Part shown: positions 29,168 through 38,714 of the stretch, in pieces
Layout: every line of letters begins with the position of its first letter
Position numbering within the stretch: the first letter of the stretch is position 1
Origin: Thermoplasmata archaeon
GTDB lineage: Archaea; Thermoplasmatota; Thermoplasmata; Lutacidiplasmatales; UBA184
DNA: 64,000 nucleotides
NCBI GenBank assembly: GCA_021817605.1
Contig: JAKAUN010000002.1
Span: 3,676 to 67,675, forward strand
Direction of reading: 5' to 3'
Position numbers and translations under genes: made by a program
Notes under the pieces: model-generated
Told to the model about the DNA's origin: nothing
The model's input: only the letters and a program-made list of their open reading frames with translations
Databases searched by the model: none

Positions 29168-29989
29168 GTGCCGCGTCGCCACGGCGGGGTTTCCCGCCGG
29201 CGCCTCCCGCTCGTCACCCTGACGAGCGACGTGGGAGCGGAGTACGCCGCGCAGATGCGGGCCGTGCTCCTTGCCACCGTCCCCCCGGAGCGGGTCGTGG
29301 AGCTCACCCACGAGCTCCGCCCTCACGGGATCCTCGAGGCGGCGTTCCTCCTTCGGGCGATGGCGTCGGGGTTCCCGGCAGGGACGATCCATCTGGTCGT
29401 GGTCGACCCCGGTGTCGGGGGCCGAAGGGTCCCTCTGGTCGTGGAGTGTCGGGACGGCTCGCTCCTGGTCGGACCGGACAACGGGGTCCTCATGCCTCTC
29501 GCCGAGGAGCTGGGGCTCGCCCGGGCGTTCCGGATCGAGCGCTCCCGCTCCTGGCTGCCGACCCGGGTCGGCACGACCTTTGACGGCCGGGACCTCTTCG
29601 CCCCGGTCGCGGCGCGGCTCGCCCGAGGCCTGGCCCCGGAGCGGGCCGGCGCACCCACCGTGCCGGTGCCCTTCGCGATGCCCTCGCCCGAGCGGCGCTC
29701 CGGAGGAGCCCGGGGAGCCATCCTGCACTCCGACCACTTTGGCAACCTCATCACCAACGTGCCGACCGCCTGGATCCCGGCCGGGACGGTCGGTCTCCGC
29801 CTCCGCTTTGGGAGGTCGTCGCGCCGGCTCCCCTGGGTGACGAGCTACGAGGCCGGGGGAGCCGACAGGCTCGTGGCGCTGGGCTCGAGCTTCGGGACGG
29901 TCGAGCTCGCGGTCGCCGAGGGGTCGGCGGCCCGACGGCTCCGCCTCGCCGTGGGAGTGGGGGTCGAGCTCGCCTGGCGGGCCGGCTAA
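29168..29989 (+). CDS. S-adenosyl-L-methionine hydroxide adenosyltransferase (DUF62, SalL/fluorinase superfamily)
   Basis: LVTLTSDVGAEYAAQMRAVLL...VELTHELRPHGILEAAFLL...FPAGTIHLVVVDPGVGGRR are DUF62 hallmark motifs. Confidence 0.75.
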   Translation: MPRRHGGVSRRRLPLVTLTSDVGAEYAAQMRAVLLATVPPERVVELTHELRPHGILEAAFLLRAMASGFPAGTIHLVVVDPGVGGRRVPLVVECRDGSLLVGPDNGVLMPLAEELGLARAFRIERSRSWLPTRVGTTFDGRDLFAPVAARLARGLAPERAGAPTVPVPFAMPSPERRSGGARGAILHSDHFGNLITNVPTAWIPAGTVGLRLRFGRSSRRLPWVTSYEAGGADRLVALGSSFGTVELAVAEGSAARRLRLAVGVGVELAWRAG

Positions 29990-30046
29990 TGCGTAAATAG
30001 CGCCCGTCGTAGCAGTACACGGGTTCCGACGAGTCGGCCCTCTCCG

Positions 30047-31192
30047 ATGCCGAAACGCGACTACTACCAGGTCCTGGGTCTCCCACGGACCGCGAGCACG
30101 GAGGAGATCAAGACCGCCTATCGACGCCTGGCACGCCAGCACCACCCGGATGTCTCCAAGGAGAACACGAAGGTCGCCGAGGAGAAGTTCAAGGAGCTCT
30201 CGGAGGCCTACGAGGTCCTCGCCGACGAGCAGAAGCGTCACCGCTACGACCAGCTTGGCTTCGAGGGGGTCGCCTCCGACTTCGGTCCGACGGGGTTCAC
30301 ATGGCAGAACTTCACCCACGTCCAGGACCTCGAGGACCTTCTCGGCGCCTCGCCCCTCTTCGCCCAGTTCTTCGGAGGGTTCGGTGGCGCCTTCGGCGGG
30401 TTCACCCGCGCCGAGCGCAACCGCGGCGCGGACGTGGAGCTCACGGTCCGCCTTCCGCTCCTCGCGGCCGTCCGGGGTGCCCACCCGACGGTCGAGGTGC
30501 CCCGCACGAGCCCCTGCCCGGCCTGCCGGGGGACCGGCGCCAAGGACGGCACGGCCCTCGAGACCTGCCCGGAATGCCAGGGGCAGGGCCAGGTCCGACG
30601 CGTCCGCAGCCAGGGCTACACGCAGCTCATCACGATCGGCGAGTGTCCGCGCTGCCACGGCGCCGGCCGTCGCATCCTCGAACGCTGCCCGGAGTGCCAG
30701 GGCCGAGGACGCACCTCCACGGTCGAGAAGATCGAGCTCGCCGTTCCGGCGGGGGTCGAGGACGGCGCCGTGCTGCGGATCCCCGGCCACGGAGAGGCGG
30801 GGCGGCCGGGCGGCCGCTCGGGGGACCTCTACGTGCAGGTCGTCTTCGAGCCGTCCCCGATCCGTCGCGACGGCCAGGAGGCCCACGCCGAGATCGCCGT
30901 CCCGCTCGCCGTCGCGCTGCTCGGAGGGGAGGTGAGCGTGCCGACCCTCGAGGGCCACGCCGAGCTCAAGATCCCTGCCGGCACGCAACCCGAGACCCAG
31001 TTCCGCCTGCGCGGGCACGGCTTCCCGCCGCTGAGGGGAAGCTCCCGCGGCGACCTCCTCGTCACCGCCCACGTCGAGCTCCCCCGGAGCCTCTCGGCCC
31101 ACGAGCGCGAGCTCCTCAAGGAGGCGCTCGGCGAGACGTCCCGCCCGACGGCGAGCCGCCGGGAGCCGTTCTTCCGGCGACGCGGAACGTGA
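30047..31192 (+). CDS. dnaJ: Chaperone DnaJ (type I Hsp40)
   Basis: J-domain with HPD ([14 protein letters not shown]), G/F-rich linker, four CxxCxGxG repeats ([32 protein letters not shown]), and a C-terminal substrate-binding domain. Confidence 0.95.
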   Translation: MPKRDYYQVLGLPRTASTEEIKTAYRRLARQHHPDVSKENTKVAEEKFKELSEAYEVLADEQKRHRYDQLGFEGVASDFGPTGFTWQNFTHVQDLEDLLGASPLFAQFFGGFGGAFGGFTRAERNRGADVELTVRLPLLAAVRGAHPTVEVPRTSPCPACRGTGAKDGTALETCPECQGQGQVRRVRSQGYTQLITIGECPRCHGAGRRILERCPECQGRGRTSTVEKIELAVPAGVEDGAVLRIPGHGEAGRPGGRSGDLYVQVVFEPSPIRRDGQEAHAEIAVPLAVALLGGEVSVPTLEGHAELKIPAGTQPETQFRLRGHGFPPLRGSSRGDLLVTAHVELPRSLSAHERELLKEALGETSRPTASRREPFFRRRGT

Positions 31193-31971
31193 CGCCCCCG
31201 AAGAGCGACCTGGCCGGCGAGACCTACTTCAGCGAGCGACCGCGCTCGCGCTCGATCCGGCGGGAGCTGCGCTTCCTCTACCGGGGGGAGATGCTCTCCT
31301 TCACCGTGGACACGGGCGTCTTCTCCGCCCGGGGGCTCGATCCGGGGACAGCGTTGCTCATCGAGCATCTTGCGGTCGCCCCCGAGGCGCGGGTGCTCGA
31401 GGTGGGCTGTGGCTGGGGCGCGGTCGGCGTCGCGGTGGCGAAGGCCGCCTCCCGCGGCACGGTCGTGCTCACGGAGGTGAACCGGCGAGCGGCCCGCCTC
31501 GCCGTGGAGAACCTCGCCCGCAACCGGCTCACCAACGCCGAGGTGCGCGTGGGAAGCCTGTTCGAGCCGGTCGCCGACGCCTCCTTCGACCTGATCCTGT
31601 CGAACCCGCCCTACCGGGCCGGCCGCGAGCTCGTCCTGCGCTTCCTCGAAGAGGTCCCCGCACACCTGCGGCCGGGAGGGCGCCTCCTCCTCGTCGGGAA
31701 AGGCTCCCAGGGGATACGGTTCTACCAATCCTGGCTCGAGGAGCACTTCCAAGGCGGGGTCCGTGTCCTCGGCAGGAAGTCCGGCTACCGCGTCCTCGAG
31801 GCGCTCCCGCTCCGGAGCCCCCCCGCGGAGACGCCCCGGGCGGTCCCGAGAGCCGAAGGTGTTAAGAACCGAGCCCGGCTCGGTGAGCTCTCCCGAGGAC
31901 GCCGGCCCGGTCGGCGAGGGTGGAACGCCGAGCCGGACGTGCGGACCCAGGGATCCAGAACAGGGGAGTGA
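31189..31971 (+). CDS. Class I SAM-dependent methyltransferase with MTS small domain (RsmC-like) and NPPY motif
   Basis: GTG start overlapping the dnaJ stop (GTGA). [23 protein letters not shown]...[13 protein letters not shown]...[10 protein letters not shown]. Confidence 0.75.
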   Translation: MTPPKSDLAGETYFSERPRSRSIRRELRFLYRGEMLSFTVDTGVFSARGLDPGTALLIEHLAVAPEARVLEVGCGWGAVGVAVAKAASRGTVVLTEVNRRAARLAVENLARNRLTNAEVRVGSLFEPVADASFDLILSNPPYRAGRELVLRFLEEVPAHLRPGGRLLLVGKGSQGIRFYQSWLEEHFQGGVRVLGRKSGYRVLEALPLRSPPAETPRAVPRAEGVKNRARLGELSRGRRPGRRGWNAEPDVRTQGSRTGE

Positions 31972-32711
31972 GTCCCGCGCCGAAGGAGACCAAGGACCCG
32001 GAGAAAGCAGCCGCCGCGCCGCCGGCCGACGAGGCCGCCGCGCCGGCGGAGAAGCCGGGGAAGAAGGAGCGCTCTCCGAAGGGCAAGGACTCCAAGGAAG
32101 GGAAGGAGGGCAAGGAGGCCAAGGGCAAGGGCCGTTCGGGACCCCCCTCCAAGGTGGCGAAGATCGTCTCCGACAACCCGAACTTCCGCTACATCGTGCG
32201 CGTGGCGGACACGGACCTTGACGGAACCCGGGCGGTCGGCCTGGCGCTCACGAGGGTCCGAGGGGTCGGGCTTCGGCTCGCCGAAACGAGCTGTCGGCTC
32301 GCCCGGGTGAACCCGGTCGAGCTCATCGGCAACCTCCCCGAACCGTCGGTCGAGGCGCTCGAGACCGCCCTCCGCACCCTGCCCACTGCCGTCCCGGCCT
32401 GGATGGTCAACCACCACACCGAGCCGGTCCTCGGCGATACGATCCACTACATCGGGACCGACGTGGAGACCCGACGTCGGGACGACGTGAACATGATGAA
32501 GATGATCCGCAGCTACCGCGGCGTGCGCCACGAGCGCGGCCAGAAGGTCCGCGGCCAGCGCACGCGCTCGAACGGACGGACGGGGATGGCCGCCGGCGTC
32601 CTCAAGAAGGCAGCCAAGGAGGCCGCAGCGGCCGGCTCGAAGGAGGCCGCCCCTGCGGCGGCCCCCGCAGCCGCTGCCGCACCGGCCCCCGCTGCCGTGA
32701 AGAAGGAGTGA
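31968..32711 (+). CDS. rps13: 30S ribosomal protein S13 (uS13) with low-complexity N- and C-terminal extensions
   Basis: Core FRYIVRVADTDLDGTRAVGLALTRVRGVGLRLAETSC...IRSYRGVRHERGQKVRGQRTRSNGRTG. GTG at 31968 overlaps the methyltransferase stop. N-terminal K/E/A-rich ~60 aa and C-terminal A/K-rich ~40 aa. Confidence 0.85.
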   Translation: MSPAPKETKDPEKAAAAPPADEAAAPAEKPGKKERSPKGKDSKEGKEGKEAKGKGRSGPPSKVAKIVSDNPNFRYIVRVADTDLDGTRAVGLALTRVRGVGLRLAETSCRLARVNPVELIGNLPEPSVEALETALRTLPTAVPAWMVNHHTEPVLGDTIHYIGTDVETRRRDDVNMMKMIRSYRGVRHERGQKVRGQRTRSNGRTGMAAGVLKKAAKEAAAAGSKEAAPAAAPAAAAAPAPAAVKKE

Positions 32712-32721
32712 ACCCACGGCG

Positions 32722-33318
32722 ATGGGCGACCCGAAGTTCCTTAGGCGCCGCTACGACACCCCGAAGCACCCGTGGGAAGGTAGCCGCATGGAGGAGGAGC
32801 GCAAGCTCCTCGAGCGCTACGGCCTCAAGAACAAGCGCGAGCTGTGGAAGGCCCAGTCGATCCTGCGCGGCTTCCGTCGTCAGGCCCGCGAGCTCCAGGC
32901 ACGCCTGAGGGCGCGCGAGGAGCAGGCGACGCGCGAGACCGCCCAGCTCTTGGCCCGGCTCAGCCGGCTTGGCGTGCTCTCGGTCGCCTCCCCGAGCCTG
33001 GACGACGTCCTCGCTCTTACGACGGAGGACATCCTGCGCCGACGGCTCGAGTGGATCGTCTTCTCCCGCGGGCTGGCCCCCACGCCCCGCGGCGCCCGGC
33101 AGTGGATCGTCCACGGCCACTTCGCGGTCGGCGATCACCGGGTGACCCGACCGGGCTATCTCCTGCCTTCCGGGGACGAGAGCCGACTTGCCTTCAGCCC
33201 GACGAGCCCGTATGCCGACGACGGGCACGCGATGCGCGTGGCGCTTCGGGAGCGGCAGGAGCGCCGGGAGGCCGGCGCCCAGGCCCCGGCCCCCGCGCCC
33301 GAGGGGGAGGCGTCGTAG
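32722..33318 (+). CDS. rps4: 30S ribosomal protein S4 (uS4)
   Basis: MGDPKFLRRRYDTPKHPWEGSRMEEERKLLERYGLKNKRELWKAQSILRGFR...IVHGHFAVGDHRVTRPGY. Confidence 0.92.
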   Translation: MGDPKFLRRRYDTPKHPWEGSRMEEERKLLERYGLKNKRELWKAQSILRGFRRQARELQARLRAREEQATRETAQLLARLSRLGVLSVASPSLDDVLALTTEDILRRRLEWIVFSRGLAPTPRGARQWIVHGHFAVGDHRVTRPGYLLPSGDESRLAFSPTSPYADDGHAMRVALRERQERREAGAQAPAPAPEGEAS

Positions 33319-33702
33319 ATGGTCAAGATCGGGATCGCCCACATCTTCGCCAGCTACAACAACATCCACATCACCGTCACCGACATCACCGGCGCCGAGA
33401 CGCTCGCCAAGGCGACCGGAGGCATGGTCGTCAAGGCCGCCCGGGACGAGTCGAGCCCCTACGCCGCGATGAAGGCCGCCGACCAGGTCGCCGCGGTCCT
33501 CAAGGAGAAGGGCTACGACACCCTGCACGTCCGGGTCCGCGCCCCCGGCGGCAACCGCTCGCGCTCGCCGGGGCCCGGCGCCCAGGCGGCGATCCGCGCG
33601 CTCGCCCGCGCGGGAGTCAAGATCCAGCGCATCGAGGACGTCACCCCGGTCCCGCACGACGGGACCAAGCCGAAGGGCGGGCGACGCGGTCGTCGGGTGT
33701 AA
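33319..33702 (+). CDS. rps11: 30S ribosomal protein S11 (uS11)
   Basis: [75 protein letters not shown]. Confidence 0.95.
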   Translation: MVKIGIAHIFASYNNIHITVTDITGAETLAKATGGMVVKAARDESSPYAAMKAADQVAAVLKEKGYDTLHVRVRAPGGNRSRSPGPGAQAAIRALARAGVKIQRIEDVTPVPHDGTKPKGGRRGRRV

Positions 33703-33707
33703 CCACC

Positions 33708-34553
33708 ATGCCGGTCCGTGTCGAGGAGCTCACTCCCCGCTCGACCTCCCTCGAGCTCGAGGGAGTCTCCGCCTCCCAGGTCAACGCCATCCGCCGCACG
33801 CTCCTCTCCGACGTGCCGAAGCTCGCGATCGAGGACGTCGAGTTCCACCTGGGACCTATCCGCGACGAGGCGACCGGCAAGGACTACGACTCCTCGACCA
33901 GCATGTTCGACGAGGCGGTCGCCCTGCGCCTCGGCCTTCTGCCGATCCCGACCGACCTCTCCCAGTTCCGCCGTCGCTCCGAGTGCACCTGCGAGGGGGC
34001 CGGCTGCCCGAACTGCCAGGTGATGTACTCGATCGACCGCAAGGGCCCGTGCACCGTCTACGCCAAGGATGTCGTCCCGCTCGGGGACGCCTCGCTGGCC
34101 ATCCTCGAGCCGAACGTCCCGATCGTCCGTCTCGGGGCGCGGCAGGCGCTGCTCGCCTACGCGACCGCGATCGTCGGGACGGCCCGCGAGCATGCGAAGT
34201 GGCAGGCCGCCCACGGGGTCGGGGTCTTCCCGAGGCCGCACGTCAACATCTCTCGCAAGGAGGGCTGCTCGGACGCCTGCCTCAAGCGCGCCGCCGCCTC
34301 CTGTCCGGTCAACATCCTCGAGTTCTCCGGCGGCAAGCTCTCGGTCACGGACGAGGTGAAGTGCATCGACTGCGACGCGTGCGAGAAGAGCTGCGAGCAC
34401 GGCTCCATCCGCGTGGAGCCGGACGAGGAGCGGTTCTTCCTCCGGTTCGAGACCGACGGCTCGCTCACCGCCCGCGAGGCGCTGCGCTTCGCCCTCAAGG
34501 ACCTCAAGCGCCGCTTCGAGGACCTTCGGGAGTCGCTCCAGTCGATCCCGTAG
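33708..34553 (+). CDS. rpoD: DNA-directed RNA polymerase subunit D (Rpo3) with Fe-S-type Cys cluster domain
   Basis: Internal ATG of read-through ORF 32844..34553: MPVRVEELTPRSTSLELEGVSASQVNAIRRTLLSDVPKLAIEDVEF... plus Cys clusters (CTCEGAGCPNC; CLKRAAASCP; CIDCDACEKSCEHG). Conserved rps13-rps4-rps11-rpoD order. Confidence 0.85.
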   Translation: MPVRVEELTPRSTSLELEGVSASQVNAIRRTLLSDVPKLAIEDVEFHLGPIRDEATGKDYDSSTSMFDEAVALRLGLLPIPTDLSQFRRRSECTCEGAGCPNCQVMYSIDRKGPCTVYAKDVVPLGDASLAILEPNVPIVRLGARQALLAYATAIVGTAREHAKWQAAHGVGVFPRPHVNISRKEGCSDACLKRAAASCPVNILEFSGGKLSVTDEVKCIDCDACEKSCEHGSIRVEPDEERFFLRFETDGSLTAREALRFALKDLKRRFEDLRESLQSIP

Positions 34554-35613
34554 CGCGCCCGGCGCTCGTCCAGTCGTAGCGAAGGATCGCGGCGATCCCG
34601 CCGAACCCGCGCAGCGTCGCCCCCGGGGTGTCGACGCTCCGCACGACGAAGAGGCGGGCGCGCGAGCCACGAGAACGCTCGAGGAGGGCCACGACCTCGG
34701 GCTCGACGAGGAGCTCCTCGGAGACGAGGAGCGTCTCGACGGCCCCGGCAGCGATCGCCTCGCCGACCTCGGCCCTGCCGACCGCGGCCCGCACCCCGGT
34801 TCCGACCGCGCGGACAAGACGCTCGACCGTCGCGGCCTCCTCTGCTGCGACGCTCGTACGCAGCTGCTCGCTCGCCCGGCCCGAGCGCAGGATCTCGTCG
34901 ACTCCCGCACGCCCGCTCTCGCTCGCGGGGTAGACCTTCACGCGACGGGCGAGCGCCGGGGCGCTCTCCGTGAGGCGGCGAAGGAGGCTCTCCTTGAAGA
35001 ACCCCGGACCGGCGAGGACGACCGCCTGGGCCTCGGCCGCTTCCCGCTCGAGGACGAGGCGGACCTCCTCGAGGTAGCTCGCCCGATCCTTCTCGGCGAT
35101 CCCGGGTTCGAAGCGCTTGCCGGCGAGGGTGCGACGGATGTCCGCGACCGGCTCGATCGCGCGCCCCCTCAGACGGACGAGCGACGAATCGCCCCAGTCG
35201 ACCGCCGCGACCAAGAGGGTCGGCTCGCCGCTCCGGGCGAGACCCTCGTCCAGGAGCGCGCGGTCCCCCGCGGTGAGCCCGGCCTTGACGACCGTGATGT
35301 CGTCGCCCTCGCCGAGGTCGAGGGTGTGGTGACGTCCGATGTCGAACGGCCCCTCGACGATCGGGCCGGTGATGCGCACGTGCTTGCTGAACCCGTGGAA
35401 CTCGACCTGCTCGGCGCGCACGGCCAGGAAGATCCGTCGCCGGGTCCGCTGCGCCCCGGGGACCTCCTCGGGGGCCTCCGGGTCGCGTCGGGTGGTGGAC
35501 GCACCGACGAGCTCGCCCGGGCGGACCAGACGGGCGAGACGCCAGAGGTCGCTCGGCGTCTCGAGACGCAGCCGGTAAAGCCCGGTCTTCGGGTCGCTCG
35601 AGATGAGGCGCAC
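34504..35613 (-). CDS. pelA: Pelota (Dom34) mRNA surveillance/ribosome rescue factor
   Basis: GTG start at codon 79 of track ORF 34504..35847: VRLISSDPKTGLYRLRLETPSDLWRLARLVRPGELVGASTTRRD... is the Pelota N-domain signature, followed by central and eRF1-like C-domains. Confidence 0.85.
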   Translation of the reverse strand: MRLISSDPKTGLYRLRLETPSDLWRLARLVRPGELVGASTTRRDPEAPEEVPGAQRTRRRIFLAVRAEQVEFHGFSKHVRITGPIVEGPFDIGRHHTLDLGEGDDITVVKAGLTAGDRALLDEGLARSGEPTLLVAAVDWGDSSLVRLRGRAIEPVADIRRTLAGKRFEPGIAEKDRASYLEEVRLVLEREAAEAQAVVLAGPGFFKESLLRRLTESAPALARRVKVYPASESGRAGVDEILRSGRASEQLRTSVAAEEAATVERLVRAVGTGVRAAVGRAEVGEAIAAGAVETLLVSEELLVEPEVVALLERSRGSRARLFVVRSVDTPGATLRGFGGIAAILRYDWTSAGRATGSTGATPEGPRSGA

Positions 35614-35747
35614 GGTCGTTCCCGGTAGCGTCGGACGGGCCGAGGCTACAAGCACGTTTCGTCCGTCCCACGCGCTTGCACAACGCCGTGCATCCTCCGT
35701 CGCCTTCGATAGTCTTATCGAGGGAGCGAAGGGTCGGGGGCCCGGCG

Positions 35748-37078
35748 TGGCGCAGCCGAGCGAGGGAGGTTTCGCCGGGGTCCTCCACCGGGAATCGTTC
35801 CCTGCCTTCCTCGCCGCCGGGGCGGCGCAGTTCGCCGGCCCGTCCACGGCCTTCGTCGTGCTGATCTTCTCGGTGGCGGTCGCCTACCCGCGCGCCGACT
35901 CCTCCTTTGTCGCCGTCGCGCTCGCCCTCATGGGACTCTCTTCGGCCCTGCCGACGCTCGCCGGGGCGTTCTTCGCCGGACCGCTGGCGGACCGGCACGA
36001 CCGGCATTTGCTCATGCGCACGGCGAACCTCGTCTCCCTCGTCGCCACCGCGCTGCTGGCGGTCGATCTGTTCTTCGCTCCCTCGAAAAAGGTCGCGCTG
36101 CCGCTGTTGCCGGGCTTCTACCTCCCCCTCTGGCTGCTCCTTCTCTATCCCGTCTGGGCAGGGCTCATCACGACGGCGACCCTCTTCCGACCCGCCTACA
36201 ATACCTCCGTCCCCAAGTTCGTCTCGACCGCCGAGCTCGGCAGGGCCAACGGCCTCATCTACGCCATCGCCGCCGCGGTGAGCGCCGGCGGCACGCTCCT
36301 GGTCGGGGTCGTCCTCACGCTCGGCGGCAGCGTGCTCGCGCTCTCGATACCGTTCGTGCTCTTCCTTGCCACGCAGGTCGCGCTCCTCCTCGTGACCACG
36401 GACCTCAAGGTCCGTCGGGAGGGTACCCCGCCGAAGATCCTCCGCTTCGCGGCCGAGGGGCTCTCCTACCTCGTCCGACGCCGCGACCTCTTCGAGGTGA
36501 CGATCGCGGCGTTGTTCGTCAACCTCCTGGCTGCGGTCGCCTTCGTCGAGCTCGGCCTCTTCGTGCGGGACTCGCTCGGACTGCTCTCGGGGATATGGTA
36601 CGGCGCCATGATCTCGGCGTCGACCGCGGGAGCGGCGTGCGGCCTGCTCGCGATCTCCCGTATCCCCTTCGAAAAGCACGCCGGCCTCTGGCTCATCGTG
36701 CTGGTCCTGGCGATGGGAGGCGCCCTGTCCGCGCTCTCGTTCGTCCGGAACATCTGGCTCGCCCTGCCGATCATCTTCGTCTACGGCCTGATGCCGGGGA
36801 TGATCCAGACCGTGTTCCTCTCCGCGGTCCAGGCGACGGTGCCGGACGAGGTGATGGGACGGGTCTTCGCCGCGGACGAGGTCGGCAGCTACATGCTCGT
36901 GCCGGTCGGCCAGAGCCTCGGCGGCCTCCTCGCCGTCGAGGTCGGGGTGGAGGGGGCCTACCTGTTCGCCGGCGGGTCGATGGTGGCTCTCGGCGTCGTC
37001 ATGCTCGGAACGTTCGGTTCGCTCCGGGGCCTCAGGATCCGCGTGGACGAGCCGGGGGCCGGGCCGACGGCGAGCTAA
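35748..37078 (+). CDS. MFS transporter; start uncertain, placed near GTG 35748
   Basis: Track ORF 35603..37078. The hydrophobic 12-TM body begins after FRESFPAFLAAGAAQFAG. The upstream 48 codons overlap the divergent pelota start and look non-coding. Confidence 0.7.
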
Positions 37079-38043
37079 CGCGCCGGCGCGCGCGACGCCC
37101 TCGAAGGTCCAAAGGGGATGCAGGCGGTGTTGTACCAGTCGCGACTCGGGCCGAGGGAACGCGCGAAACCGAGCCGCTGGTAGAGGGCGACGGCCGGCTG
37201 GTTGCCCTCCGTGACGTTGAGGTAGATCCGCTTCGCCGCCGGTGCCGCTCGGAGCCTCCGGAGGCTCTCAAGGAGCGTCCGGCGGCCGAGCCCCTGGCCT
37301 TGGTGCCCCGGGTCGACCGCGACATCGGCCAGGAGGACCCCGTCGGGCCGACGGACCGCCAGGACCTGGGCGACGGGCTTCCCCTCGATCTCGAGGACGA
37401 CCGAGCCGTCCGGGTCGAGCTCGCCGAAGCGCCCGTCCAGGATGTCGCGGACCTCCCGCAGCGCGTCCGAGGCCTCGTCCGCTTCCTGAAGGAAGAGGTA
37501 GCGGTCGAAGCGGTCGTGGTAGGCGCGGCGGTGGACCTCGGCAAGGCTCGCGAGGTCCGAGGCGACCACCCCCCTCACCCTACCGGGACCTTCCGACGTT
37601 TCCCGAGGGAGGTCCCGGGCGACGGGCAGTTGCATCTCGCTGCGACCGTAGGGGGCGAACCCGAGCCCGGTCATCAGCCGCTCTTCCTCCGCCGGGGCCA
37701 CCCCGGCGAGCGGCCCCGGAGCGAAGACGAGCCGACCCACCTCACCGATCACCGCGGCGAGGGCCGAAGCATACGCTTCCGCCGAGGCAGTGCCGGCGTT
37801 CAGGTAGAAGAGGTCCAGGTTCGTTCCCATCGCCGTCGCTGCCGACCACGCGGCCAGGCCCACCGGACGGCCGTCGAGCCGAAGGAGCCGGGCCACGAGG
37901 CGGCCGGCCCTACGGTCCGCTTCGAGCGACGCGTGCCAGGCGCTGGCATCGACCGCCGGACCCGCACGCGCCTCGACCGCCCGGAGCAACCACCGGCTCG
38001 CCACCTCGGGCGCGTCGTCCAACCCCGCGAGCTCGATCTTCAC
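37075..38043 (-). CDS. GNAT-family N-acetyltransferase, two-lobed
   Basis: GTG at codon 46 of track ORF 37075..38178. C-terminal motif A (VAVDPGHQGQGLGRRTLLESL...LNVTEGNQPAVALYQRLGF). Confidence 0.7.
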   Translation of the reverse strand: MKIELAGLDDAPEVASRWLLRAVEARAGPAVDASAWHASLEADRRAGRLVARLLRLDGRPVGLAAWSAATAMGTNLDLFYLNAGTASAEAYASALAAVIGEVGRLVFAPGPLAGVAPAEEERLMTGLGFAPYGRSEMQLPVARDLPRETSEGPGRVRGVVASDLASLAEVHRRAYHDRFDRYLFLQEADEASDALREVRDILDGRFGELDPDGSVVLEIEGKPVAQVLAVRRPDGVLLADVAVDPGHQGQGLGRRTLLESLRRLRAAPAAKRIYLNVTEGNQPAVALYQRLGFARSLGPSRDWYNTACIPFGPSRASRAPAR

Positions 38044-38272
38044 GGTGCCTCCTGTCCGCGCCGGTACAAAGGCCCTCCTTGGGAGGAGGACGACCCCCGG
38101 GTGCGGCCGCCCGAGGGACGGACACTCGCCTCGCCGAGCTCCTCGGTCGCGCTCGTCGCGATGCTTGCGGGGGAGCACGGGGGATCGAAACCGCGAGAGG
38201 AGCTTACGGTCCGTTCGGGTCGCGCCGGGTCAGGTGGCCCGCTCAAGCAGCCACACCGCGGCCGGGGCCAAC

Positions 38273-38279
38273 CTATATA
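38273..38279 (+). promoter_or_regulatory. Strong TATA box (CTATATA) in a locally AT-rich segment, ~60 nt upstream of the RHH gene ATG
   Basis: AACCTATATAGG stands out against ~70% GC flanks. The predicted TSS near 38300 gives a ~35-nt leader carrying the palindrome. Confidence 0.5.
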
Positions 38280-38301
38280 GGCGACCTCAGATATGTCAAT
38301 C

Positions 38302-38330
38302 GTCAGACAAAGAACCATATCTTGTCTGAC
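38302..38330. promoter_or_regulatory. Palindromic operator candidate GTCAGACAA-N11-TTGTCTGAC between the TATA box and the RHH start codon
   Basis: 9-bp arms with one extra A in the left arm; the spacer is AGAACCATATC. Additional CAATC direct repeats lie at 38297-38301 and 38331-38335. Confidence 0.45.
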
Positions 38331-38334
38331 AATC

Positions 38335-38700
38335 ATGTCCGACACGTCCGAGCGGGTCACCGTCCGCATCCCACAAGAGCTGCTGGAGAAGCTCAAGCAG
38401 ATTCAGCTATCCAAGGGGACGGCGACGATCTCCGACACGATACGGGAGGGGCTCGAGCAGTACATCGAGCTCAACCTGCCCCCCCAGCACATCCGCAAGG
38501 TCGTGGTCGAGCTCTCCCGCCAGGACAACAGCCGGCTCGAGGAGTTCGTCCGGGAAGGCAACTCCGTCAGCGTCGACGACGCCGTCCGCTCGGCCGTGCG
38601 GGAGTACATCCGCAGCCGGATCGATCAGCTGGCTCCGGCGTCCCGCTCCCCGCGCCGCGAGGGCGATACCGTCGCCGCCGCCGGCTCTCCGCCGGCGTGA
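38335..38700 (+). CDS. Tandem ribbon-helix-helix (CopG/Arc-like) DNA-binding protein
   Basis: MSDTSERVTVRIPQELLEKLKQIQLSKGTATISDTIREGLEQYIE forms a first beta-alpha-alpha unit. HIRKVVVELSRQDNSRLEEFVREGNSVSVDDAVRSAVREYIRS forms a second. The second ATG of track ORF 38293..38700 was chosen because the first 14 codons cover the operator palindrome. Confidence 0.7.
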   Translation: MSDTSERVTVRIPQELLEKLKQIQLSKGTATISDTIREGLEQYIELNLPPQHIRKVVVELSRQDNSRLEEFVREGNSVSVDDAVRSAVREYIRSRIDQLAPASRSPRREGDTVAAAGSPPA

Positions 38701-38714
38701 TAGGTCCCCTGTCC

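Noticed and set aside
32844-34553. 569-aa plus-strand ORF overlapping rps4 and rps11 in another frame
   Set aside because: An R/P-rich artefact; the real rpoD starts at the ATG at 33708.
38293-38334. First ATG of the RHH ORF (MSIVRQRTISCLTIM...)
   Set aside because: These 14 codons coincide exactly with the palindromic operator. RHH proteins begin with the beta-strand (MSDTSERVTVRIP), so the second ATG at 38335 is preferred.
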